20,201 bases of DNA from contig NW_021824003.1 of assembly GCF_006345805.1 (NCBI RefSeq), positions 1 to 20,201 of the forward strand. The letters are read 5' to 3'. The notes beneath the pieces were generated by a model. It searched no databases. It saw only the letters and a list, made by a program, of their open reading frames with translations, and was not told where the DNA came from. Source of the DNA: Octopus sinensis. Its lineage: Eukaryota. Shown here piece after piece: positions 10,305-20,199 of this stretch. Position 1 is the stretch's first letter; every line of letters starts with the position of its first letter. The position numbers and the translations under genes are program-made.

Positions 10305-10333
10305 TATATTTATAAGATATAATTTTTTATTAT

Positions 10334-10371
<38 letters not shown>

Positions 10372-10405
10372 TATTATATATGTTAATATATAGTATATTA
10401 TAATT

Positions 10406-10773
10406 TCTTTTACCTGTTTCAGTCATTTTGCTGCGGCCATCCTGGGGCACTGTCGTTAGTCGAAGAAATGGACCCCAGAATTTATTCTTTGTAACCCTAA
10501 GACTTATTTTATCAGAGACTTTTGCTGAAATGCTAAGTTTTAGGGATGTAAACACACCAAGATCTGTTGTCAAGCGATGGTGGAGGGACAAACACAGACA
10601 CAAAAATAAATATAAGCACGTGGTATATATATGCGGCGTGCTTCATTCAGTTTCCGTCTACCAAATCCACTCACAAGGCTTCGGTCGGCCCGAGGCTATA
10701 GAAGACAGTTGCTCAAGGTGCCACACACTGGGACTGAACCTGGAACCATATGGTTGGTAAGCAAGCTATCTAC
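10406..10773 (-). mobile_element. SINE family A copy, head truncated
   Basis: Colinear with 11160-11580 (CAGTTTCCGTCTACCAAATCCACTCACAAGG, CGGCCCGAGGCTATAG, GGGACTGAACC, GTTTCAGTCATTT). Confidence 0.85.
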
Positions 10774-11111
10774 AAGTTTATGTGTGGTGTGTGTGTGTGT
10801 GTGTGTGTGTGTGCATGTGTGTGTGTGTATCGCATAGGCATAGGGAGATCTCAATACCCGGTATAGATCTCAATATACGTTTGGACCAGAATACAATGCT
10901 ATATGAGTATAAAGTGGTAGGAGAAAACAGACAGCTGACACCGAAAAATATAAATGTTATGAAATGAACTTCGTTAGCCTACAGCTATAAGACGTTTCTG
11001 CTATACGATGTGGTGGAGTAAGAGTGCACCACATCTGTTAGCAGAAACAACTGTTAGCTTGTGACGTTCCTTACCTAACATTTGTTTTCTTTTTTTCGTG
11101 TCATCTCTTTG

Positions 11112-11159
<48 letters not shown>

Positions 11160-11160
<1 letters not shown>

Positions 11161-11580
11161 TCTTTACTCTTTACTCTTTTACTTGTTTCCGTCATTTGAC
11201 TGTGCCAATACTGGAGCACCACCTTTAGTCGAGCAAATCGACCCCCGGGACTTTTCTTTGTAAGCCCAGTACTTATTCTATCGGTCTCTTTTGCCGAACC
11301 GCTAAGTGACGGGGACGTAACCACACCAGCATCGGTTGTCAAGCAATGCTAGGGGGGCAACCACAGACACACAAACATAACACACACACATACATATATA
11401 GATACATATATATATACGACAGGCTTCTTTCAGTTTCCGTCTACCAAATCCACTCACAAGTCTTTGGTCGGCCCGAGGCTATAGTAGAAGACACTTGCCC
11501 AAGATGCCACGCAGTGGGACTGAACCCGGAACCATGTGGTTTGGTTAGCAAGCTACTTACCACACAGCCACTCCTGCGCC
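11160..11580 (-). mobile_element. Full-length tRNA-derived SINE, family A (CORE-SINE-like)
   Basis: Minus strand reads GGCGCAGGAGTGGCTGTGTGGTAAG (A box)...GGTTCAGTCCC (B box)...TCTTGGGCAAGTGTCTT (CORE-like), then an internal (TA)/(GT) tract and a GTAAAAGA-repeat tail. Flanked by (TA)n. Three other copies occur in the window. Confidence 0.88.
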
Positions 11581-11663
11581 TATATATATAATATATATAT
11601 AATATATATATATATATACATGTATGTATATATGTATATGTCTCTGTTGTATATATATTATAT

Positions 11664-11698
<35 letters not shown>

Positions 11699-11840
11699 TG
11701 TCAGAGTATGCAAGTATGACAATCCCCACTACAACCTCCACCCCAATTATCACCCCCTTCTCTACTAACGCGCCAACACCGCCACCGTCACCGCCTCTAC
11801 CACCACCGCAGCACCACCACCACCACCGCCGCCGCCGCTA
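11581..11840. repeat. (TA)n followed by (ACC)/(GCC)-rich repeats
   Basis: Direct reading. Confidence 0.85.
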
Positions 11841-12072
11841 ATACCATTCTCTCACACTATTGCTCTGTTATGAAGACATGATTACTGGAAGGAGAGAGTA
11901 CAATGAGAATGTCTGGTCATGGTTTGATGAGTTTTTGATAAATGTTCTGCTTACCATTATTTATAGAGGGTAGCTTTTAATGAATTCTACCAATAATTAG
12001 CAGAGACGCTCAAAGACTCGATGAAATTCGCAAACATTTAGACATACTACATACTTATATATCGACACGTAC

Positions 12073-12114
12073 ATATATGTATATATTATATAATTATATA
12101 TATTATATATATAA

Positions 12115-12156
<42 letters not shown>

Positions 12157-12189
12157 TTACGTATCATATGTGTGTGTGTATGTACGTAG

Positions 12190-12229
<40 letters not shown>

Positions 12230-12351
12230 TATATATATGTAATGTCCATTATATATACTCTAATAATATACAGCCATAGATGTGTATTGACATAGACTAA
12301 TGACTATTACGTGTATAGTGCTTTTCCAACACTCACACACACACACACGCA

Positions 12352-12413
<62 letters not shown>

Positions 12414-12437
12414 CACATTCACACACATTCACACACA
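12073..12437. repeat. (TA)n and (CA)n microsatellites
   Basis: Direct reading; TA at ~12073-12240, CA at ~12334-12437. Confidence 0.9.
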
Positions 12438-12598
12438 AGCAAATAAGCAATAAAAAACGAAATTCTTGTGTATTGATTATTAGTATTTTCGAAAACGAGG
12501 CTTCCTCATAATATTGTCTGGGAAAATTTGTACTACCCAGCATTGGAAAATTCTGGAATTCTCGTCAAGTCTTATGTCTAGAAGTGGAACATCGGAAC

Positions 12599-13198
12599 CA
12601 ATGATTTTCAACCATTTCTTTTTTTTTTTTTTTTTTTTTGCCTGTGGACCTCGATATATATAAAAAGAAAAATTTACTGTAGCTTTATAATTAAATATGG
12701 TGTGTGGTAAGAAGCTTGCCTCCTAATCACATGGCTCCGGGTTCAATCTCACTGCGTGGTACCTTGGGCAAGTCTCTTCTACGATAGCCTCGAGCTGATC
12801 AAAGCCTTGTGAGTGGATTTGGTAGATGGAAATTGAAAGAAGCCCGTCTCATTTATGTGTGTGTGTATGTGTGTGTGTGTGTGTGTGTATGTGTGTGTGT
12901 GTGTGTGTGTATGCCCTTGCGTCTGTGTTTGTTCCCCATCACTGCTTAACAATCGGTGTTTATGTGTTTGCGTCCCGTAACTTAGCGGTTCAGCAATAAA
13001 CACCTAAAGTACCAGTTCGATTTGTTCGATTAAAACTCTTCAAGGCTGTGCCCCAGCATGGCCGCAGTCAAATGACTGAAAGAAGTGAAAGATAAAAGAT
13101 AAACGATTCCAATTTATTGCCCATATATTTTAACAATAAAATCCTATACACCCCCCACCCACCCAAAGGGCCATATGGACCCCGGTTTAGGATCCCTG
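12599..13198. mobile_element. Probable non-autonomous hAT (Charlie-like) MITE interrupted by a family A SINE
   Basis: Imperfect 15-bp TIRs CAATGATTTTCAACC (12599-12613) and GGTTTAGGATCCCTG (13184-13198), 10/15 match. Subterminal TGGACC motifs. The 8-bp flanks ATCGGAAC and ATCTAGAC match 5/8, and the right one fits the Charlie target consensus NTCTAGAN. Confidence 0.5.
12697..13102 (+). mobile_element. SINE family A copy
   Basis: TGTGTGGTAAGAAGCTTGC...GGGTTCAATCTCACTGCGTGGTACCTTGGGCAAGTCTCTT...GTGAGTGGATTTGGTAGATGGAAA...CAGCATGGCCGCAGTCAAATGACTGAA, with a GATAAAAGATAAA tail. Confidence 0.87.
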
Positions 13199-13252
13199 AT
13201 CTAGACTAATATATCCTTTACTCATCACAACCGAACTCCGAGTTCTTACAAA

Positions 13253-13416
13253 CAGGGCCGCTTTTGCAGCATTTATAGGCCTCCGGAAAATCCCACGTAA
13301 TTGGTGTCTATTCTTATAGTATTTATTGACATGGAATATTCGATCAGAAATGGGCCCCTAGTTCCGTGAGGCCTCCAAGCAACTGTCCACAGTAAGTATG
13401 CCCTAAAACAGCTGTG
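13253..13416. mobile_element. Possible short hAT-type MITE
   Basis: Ends CAGGGCCGCTTTTGCAGCAT and ATGCCCTAAAACAGCTGTG are imperfect inverted repeats. Internal GGCC(C/T)C motifs. The 8-bp flanks CTTACAAA and GTCACAGA match 5/8. Confidence 0.38.
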
Positions 13417-13721
13417 GTCACAGATATTCCATTATAACTGGGTAACATTGAATTCAGGAGGACCTAAGGTCCCAAAATTTGGGAAGGCGGTGTGGTTGTC
13501 ATCAACGTTTTATTTCAGAAGACCTGAAAGAACGAGAAGTGAAGTGAACCTGTTCACGGCTAGAATTGAAATCAAAACCTTACAGGATATAATCAAATGC
13601 CACCCGGAATTTGGTTTGTTACTCTGAAGCTTTTGGCAACCCACATCCTTTTAACTGGTTCATTTTTGCAACAACTTCAACAACCCCGCTTTGGCCCACA
13701 TTTTGGCAACTTCTCTCCGTT

Positions 13722-13781
13722 TCTCTCTCTCTCCTTCTCTCTCTGTCTCTATCTCTCTGTTTCTCAATCAATCTAGCTCTG

Positions 13782-13845
<64 letters not shown>

Positions 13846-13850
13846 TCCCT
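13722..13850 (+). repeat. (CT)n microsatellite
   Basis: Direct reading; another (CT)n lies at ~14983-15055. Confidence 0.93.
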
Positions 13851-14077
13851 CTAAATATTGTCACATATTTATCACAAGTCTGCGTAGTTATCTCTAACGT
13901 TGTTGTTGTTGTTGTGCTGGTGGTTGCTGATGGTTGTAGGTGGCGATGGTGCCGGTGGTATTGCTGTAGTTTCTTTTCTCATTGCCATTCCTGATTTTCT
14001 TTCTTTGTGTTTTTCGTCTTTGATGACAATGTCATTCTTTTAGCCATAATATTCTGATTGCCCTAAAACTCCCGTTA

Positions 14078-14120
14078 TATTATTATTACTATTATTATTA
14101 TTATTATATTATTATTATTC

Positions 14121-14163
<43 letters not shown>

Positions 14164-14502
14164 GTCATTATTATTATTATTATTATACTATTATATATAT
14201 TATTTTATATTATTATTCTTATATTATTGTATTATTATTATTATATTATTATTATTATTATTTTTATTTTTATATTATTATTGTGTATTATTTTTGATTA
14301 TTTTATTATTATTATATTATTATTGTTTATTATTATATTATTATTATTGTTTTTATTATTTTTTTTTATTATTATTATTATGTATTATTATTATTATTAT
14401 TTATTATTATGATTTTTATTATATGATTATATTATTCTTATTTTTATGTTTTAGTTATTTTATTATTATTTTTTATTATTTTTTTCATTTTTATTATTTA
14501 TA

Positions 14503-14539
<37 letters not shown>

Positions 14540-14684
14540 GTTTTATTATTATATATTATTATGTTGTCATTATTATTATTATTTTCATTTATATATTATT
14601 TTGTATTATTATATTATTATTATTATTATTATTATATATTTTTATTATTATTATTTTATTATATTGTATTATTATTATATTATT
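14078..14684 (+). repeat. Long degenerate (ATT)n tract
   Basis: Direct reading; ~600 bp, almost only A/T. Confidence 0.95.
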
Positions 14685-14995
14685 TTCATCTTCTTCACAC
14701 CATCATCATAAGAGGCTTCATTTTCAGTCACGCCCACACCTACAACTCTTGTTATTTTCGTCACCAAGTTTTTTTTCATATTCTCAAGAACTCCCATGTT
14801 TCTATCACAGAAGAATCATAGTCTGTTAGTATTGATGAATCGATTGCAAAATATTTCGGTTCCTTATAGAATTTCACTTGAACAACAATACCTGGCCAAT
14901 AGTCCTTAATCTCCTAATGTATATGAATTGGTCACTTTGGCATTCCATACAATCGCTTATTTTTGTCTTTGAACCAACTATTTTCTCTTTCTCTC

Positions 14996-15041
<46 letters not shown>

Positions 15042-15561
15042 CTTCTCCCTCTTTCCCTATGTATCCCATAATTCTGTCGTAGTTTCAAGGATTTTTTTCG
15101 TAAAATCGTTCGGAGTTGGATAGGAACTACGTCGTTTTGTTATTTTTTTTTTCAAAGAATTGTTGATTTCAATAATAGATTTTTTTGTGCTTAAGCTAGG
15201 ATGTCTTGTCTTTGGCACTCTTTGATCTTTGGTCGTTCTACTTTCGTTACGCTAAAACACTTTCATTTTTTTGGTTCTTTTTCTTTCTTTTTCTTTCGCT
15301 TCTCGTCGTTTGTCTCTTTTCGTTGTTGATCTCATTAAGGACCGACAAACATTCCATTTTGTTTTGCTTTTCTATGTATAGTCTTGTTTCTACCTTGTTG
15401 TTGTTGTCATTGTTACGGTATTTTTTTTTTCTTATATATATATTTTTCTTGTCTTATTATTGCATTTCGTGAACAATAGCGATGTTAGCTATAGGTCACC
15501 AAAGAAGCAAACACTAATTCACTGCATTGTTAACAGAAAAAGAGAATGAGAGAGAGAGAGA

Positions 15562-15900
15562 AGGGATTGTCTGTGCAACTCAGACAGAACAAACATAACC
15601 AAGGGTATTATCATGCTGGTATATTAATTGATGTGAGTTGTGCCTAAATGACGATATCATTTCACGTAAGGAGGTCGAAAATCACTACAATGCGATAATA
15701 TAGAATATCACCAGAAGAATCGGTAAAACATTACAGAAACTCTTCGAGTTGTGAAGCAAAATAAAGTAAAAAAAAATGAAAGATTTGCCAGGAAGATATT
15801 CCATCGGTGAAGTCCTAGGGGTTGTCCACATTCTGTGTGAAACTAGAATAGCACCTTAACCAAAATCTGTTACATTTAGAGCTGTAGAAAGGCTCCGAGG
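15562..15900 (+). mobile_element. Heavily decayed RLE-LINE endonuclease/C-terminal remnant
   Basis: With frameshifts: ILIDVSC (15621-15641) and NDDIISRKEVEN (15647-15682) have the same spacing as WIIDLACPADNKVCDKEERK. MKDLPGRYSIGEVLGVVHILCET (15776-15844) resembles the LG-TAHILRK terminus. Ends are approximate. Confidence 0.5.
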
Positions 15901-15948
15901 GAAAAGTATGTACTCTTTACAAGATATCATTAGTATTATTATTATTAA

Positions 15949-16369
15949 GGCGGTGAGCTGGCAGAATCGTTAGCACGCTAGACGAAATGCTTTGCGGTAT
16001 TTCGTCTGTCTTTACGTTCTGAGTTCAAATTTCGCCGAGGTCGACTTTCATCCTTTCGGGGTCGATTAAAATAAGTACCAGTTACGCACTGGGGTCGATA
16101 TAATCGACTTAATCCGTGTGTCTGTCCTTGTTTGTCCTCTCTGTGTTTAGCCCCTTGTGGGTAGTAAAGAAATAAGTATTTCGTCTGCCGCTACGTTCTG
16201 AGTTCAAATTTCGCCGAGGTCAACTTTGCCTTTCATCCTTTCGGGGTCGATTAAAATAAGTACCAGTTACGCACTGGGGTCGATATAATCGACTTAATCC
16301 GTTTGCCTGTCCTTGTTTGTCCTCTCTGTGTTTAGGCCCCTCGTGGGCTGTAAAGAAATAAGTATTTCG
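15949..16369 (+). mobile_element. tRNA-derived SINE, family B, with tandemly duplicated body
   Basis: Head GGCGGTGAGCTGGCAGAATCGTTAGC (A box), GAGTTCAAAT (B box), core GAGGTCGACTTT(GCCTTT)CATCCTTTCGGGGTCGAT. Body repeated at 15997-16175 and 16176-16361. Preceded by (ATT)n. Confidence 0.88.
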
Positions 16370-16756
16370 CTTGTCTCGGTTCATGACTAATATTTCCTTT
16401 TGACTCGCTCCGGTAGCAAGGACGGCTGTTTACCAGAGATGGCAATGTTGTCGTTATTGTTTACACTGTTTTTACCAATAAAACTGGTGTCTTTCTCTCT
16501 AACTTTTAGTGCTTTTCAAAGTGTGGCTGTAAATATTTGTAATTGAATATTTGTCTGTTTGATAATTAACTCTTATGGGCTTTTAGTCCAATCTGTTTGG
16601 TTTTTATTATTTTGAGGACGCATCTCGACTGAGGAGGCGTTTCATTTTCTTTAATAGTTGAGACCGTCGTTGCCGGCGGTGACTAACACTTCCCTACCAT
16701 TCCACGCGAAAATAATCACAATTCTGAAACATTAACAAGCAGCGAGTATGTCTGCT

Positions 16757-17132
16757 AGACATGGCTGTTTGGTTTAATAAACTCGCTTTTGCAACCACGT
16801 GACTTCGAGTTTAGTCACACTACGAGGCAACAAAGAGGGTAAGTGCCTTCTACTATAGCACCGGACTGACCGGTGCATTCTGTGTGAATTTGGTAGATGG
16901 AAACTGTGTGGAAGACCGTCTTGTATGTCTTCGTGTTTGAGTTTGTCCTCTTTCTTACTGCTTCACAGCCGGTGTTGGTTTGTTTAATTCCCTGTAACAT
17001 AGTGATTCGGTTAAACAGAGCGATAATATAAGTATTAGATTTTTTAAAGAAATAGTACTGGAGTCGACTTGATAGATAAAAAAAGAGGGGACTCAGCATG
17101 ACCGCATTTCGATGACTGAAACAAGTAAAAAA
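16757..17132 (+). mobile_element. Old, diverged SINE family A copy
   Basis: ATGGCTGTTTGG head, GGGTAAGTGCCTTCTACTATAGC, GTGAATTTGGTAGATGGAAACTG, CAGCATGACCGCA...ATGACTGAAACAAGTAAAA. Confidence 0.78.
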
Positions 17133-17322
17133 ACAGACATTTTATAAACAATGTCCAGTACGGACCTTTCCTTTGTTCCCGAAAATGAGAGCAACCATCA
17201 AATAATCCGAAAGTCATTGTTACATGCTCTAGAATGAAGAATATTCAGGCTGTCCGGACAAGTCGCCATCTAACGGGAGCTCTACTAGATACGTGCGTTC
17301 ACCTGAACCTTTAGTTTATAAG

Positions 17323-17362
17323 AATAATTATAATAATAATAATGATAATAATAATAATAATA

Positions 17363-17418
<56 letters not shown>
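17323..17418. repeat. Abutting (AAT)n(ATT)n palindromic microsatellite
   Basis: Polarity switches at 17363/17364. Confidence 0.93.
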
Positions 17419-17419
<1 letters not shown>

Positions 17420-17611
17420 TTAAATTTTGCCACAAGGGCTGCTGGGGGGAGATGTAATCGACCTCAGTACGCAACGGTACTTATTTTATCGACCCCGAAA
17501 AGACGAGAGGCAAAGTTGACCTCGGCGGAATTTGATCATAGAATGGAGCGGCAGGCGAAATACCCCCTAAGCATTTCGTCCAATTGCTAACGGTTCTACC
17601 AGCTCACCGCC
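17419..17611 (-). mobile_element. SINE family B copy, near full length
   Basis: GGTACTTATTTTATCGACCCCGAAA...GGCAAAGTTGACCTCGGCGGAATTTGA...GCTAACGGTTCTACCAGCTCACCGCC. Lies between (ATT)n and (AAT)n. Confidence 0.84.
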
Positions 17612-17656
<45 letters not shown>

Positions 17657-17660
17657 TAAA

Positions 17661-17797
17661 CACAAAGTCTGAAATTTTGGAAAGGTGGTGGCTAGTCGAT
17701 TACAGCAACCCCCAGTATCTGACTGGTACTTATTTTATCGACTCGGAAAGGATGAAGGTAAAGTCAACCTCAGAGCTATTTGAGTTCAGAATGTAAA
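17661..17797 (-). mobile_element. SINE family B fragment
   Basis: AGTCGATTACA...CTGGTACTTATTTTATCGACTCGGAAAGGATGAAGGTAAAGTCAACCTC...TTTGAGTTCAGAA. Confidence 0.75.
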
Positions 17798-17800
17798 AAA

Positions 17801-17946
17801 ATGATGATGATGATAACCATGACAACCACCACGATGTTAATGATGATGACGACGATGATGACGACCACGACTACGATAATGATGATGGTGATGATGACGA
17901 TGACGATGACGACGACCACGACTATGATGATAACGATGATAACGAA

Positions 17947-17998
<52 letters not shown>

Positions 17999-18012
17999 GC
18001 AATAATGATGAT
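17801..18012 (+). repeat. (GAT)/(GAC)n microsatellite
   Basis: Direct reading. Confidence 0.93.
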
Positions 18013-18014
18013 AA

Positions 18015-18200
18015 ATTAATTCGTGCCGCTGTGCCCTAGCTCGTCCTGTCTTCCATTGTTTTCGGTCCTTCAAAACCAATCACAAACTTCCGCATGCATA
18101 CACCTCGCCTTGGTCGGCTAGTGGGGTTGCGTACATTTCTCCCAACACTATAACCAGGACTTCTTAAACTGCTCTTTCGAAGATATACGAGGAAACTCTT
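18015..18200 (-). mobile_element. Possible decayed 3' end of an RTE-clade LINE
   Basis: Minus-strand frames give VIVLGEM..., SRPRR and LKDRKQWKTG, like the GRPR...DR..WR C-terminus of RTE elements. A (CAT)n-type tail follows directly (17801-18012 on the minus strand). Confidence 0.3.
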
Positions 18201-18835
18201 ACCGTTTTTCAGAAAAATGTACGTAGTATGTCATTTTTCTCTTTACACGCCTTTTCCTTCTTTTAATTGATGTTGATCATGTCTAATATTTCTTTTTGGC
18301 TCGCGACGCTGGTAAAATATGAGCTGCTGTTTTTAATCCATTTACTATTGTCACTCAAGTTTGCATTTTCAACAATTTTTCTTTAGTGGTTGACAAACTG
18401 TAACTGCATTTATAACAGTGTCTGTCTGTTTAAGTCCCTGATTTTCAGTTTGTTTCTTAATCTGTTTTGTATTTTCAAAAATCTGGAGAGGTGGTTGTAG
18501 TTGAGGCCACAATACTTCTGGCTAGTGCCCCACCTCGCTATCCTAGAGGAGACCATATTGAACAATTAATAAAGCGGATCTTTGCAGAAATATGCGTACA
18601 AGAGAAAAAAGAAATTAATGTTATCAGAACGTAGCCCAACCCCTCTCCATCAAAACAGGACAAAGGGGCGTGTGTTCAAATATTTCTAAGTCTTTGTCGG
18701 TAATAAAACCGAACAGAAAAGATTTTGTTTTGTGTGGAGATAGTGGTGGGTGGGGCTCATTTAGTAATCCTGGAACAAAATATTTTCTCGGAAGAGATCT
18801 GTGAAACGTGACTGTTCACAACAAACGCCAAAGAC

Positions 18836-18848
18836 AATAATGATGATG

Positions 18849-18893
<45 letters not shown>

Positions 18894-18940
18894 TTAATAA
18901 TAATAATAATAATATTAATAATAATGATAATAATAACAAC

Positions 18941-18975
<35 letters not shown>

Positions 18976-19034
18976 TAATAATAATAATAATAATAATAAC
19001 AATAACAATAATAATAATAATAATAATAATAACG

Positions 19035-19069
<35 letters not shown>

Positions 19070-19082
19070 GATAATAATAATA

Positions 19083-19141
<59 letters not shown>

Positions 19142-19367
19142 GAGGAGGAGGAGGAGGGGAGGAGAAGGATGATAAAAAGATGAAAAAGAAAATGAAGAAG
19201 AAGAAGAACAACACAACAACAATTAGAACAAGAAGAGGACGGTAATGATAAGAGAAGAACAACAACAACGGGAATGATGATGAGAAGACGAAACAGAAGG
19301 ATGAAGTGGGAGGGATGAAGGAGAAGAGGGATAGAATGAAGAGTATAAAAAGAAAAAGAAAAGAGGG

Positions 19368-19399
<32 letters not shown>

Positions 19400-19441
19400 G
19401 ACAAGAAATATGGAAAACCATCTCCGACAATACAAAACACT

Positions 19442-19473
<32 letters not shown>

Positions 19474-19500
19474 AAGAAGAAGAAGAAGAAGAAGAAGAAG
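18836..19500 (+). repeat. (AAT)n (~300 bp) followed by (GAG)/(GAA)/(CAG)/(AAG)n purine-rich repeats
   Basis: Direct reading. Confidence 0.93.
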
Positions 19501-19606
19501 AGCGTTTATCGTCAAACATGGACAGACGCCATGTTTTACTGCTTTGGAACTCTCTAATTATCTCTTGTCCTGTTGAAATATTTCGTACCAACTAAACCTC
19601 GACTTC

Positions 19607-19900
19607 AAACATCACAACACCACAAATACTATCACCACAACACAACCACAAAGCCTACCCACACCACCACAACCCCAACGCAACAAACCCGCTCCACGCC
19701 AACCGCCGCCACGACCACCACACAAACACCGTATCAACCACCGCCGCAGCCAATCATCATTACCATCACCATATCCAACACACCACCACCACAGCCACCA
19801 TCGCTACCAATCACAACCGCGATACCATGACCACCACCACCGACCAACCATCAGTGATCATCTCCCCTCCACACACACACACACCCACACCAATCCCCCA
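19607..19900 (+). repeat. C/A-rich (ACC)/(AAC) low-complexity region
   Basis: Direct reading. Confidence 0.8.
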
Positions 19901-20069
19901 CCCTCCATTTATTATTATTCCTTGCCGTTACCGCCATATTGTTCTCGCAAAACCGAATCCGTTCGAACTTCTTGTGATTCGTTTTATCGATCTATCGATT
20001 TCCACTCATTCCTTTCAATTTATGCTAATACCCACCTCCTCCTCTTCTTTCTCCTTTCCCTTTCTAATG

Positions 20070-20199
20070 TCTTCTTCTTCTTCTTCTTCTTCTTCTTCTT
20101 CTTCTTCTTCTTCTTCTTCTTCTTCTTCTTCTTTTTCGTCATCGTCGTCGTCATCATCGTCGTCGTCGTCGTCATTGTCATCATCCTTGTCATCGTCTC
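20070..20199 (+). repeat. (CTT)n followed by (GTC)/(ATC)n
   Basis: Direct reading. Confidence 0.93.

Noticed and set aside
10931-10943. 13-bp match ACAGCTGACACCG to the LINE 3' UTR at 2194-2206
   Set aside because: A 13-mer match is expected by chance in a 20-kb self-comparison, and the flanks do not align.
12518-12563. Three GGAA(AA)TT motifs resembling Rel/NF-kB sites
   Set aside because: Short AT-rich matches with poor fit to the full consensus; not supportable from sequence alone.
14162-14821. 219-aa hydrophobic ORF that looks like a membrane protein
   Set aside because: It is the degenerate (ATT)n tract read as L/Y/I/F.
15997-16369. CRISPR-like array
   Set aside because: It is a whole-unit tandem duplication of a SINE body with no unique spacers, in eukaryotic context with no cas genes.
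18757-19591. 252-aa and other long poly-L/I/Y ORFs
   Set aside because: They derive from (AAT)n and (AAG)n repeats.
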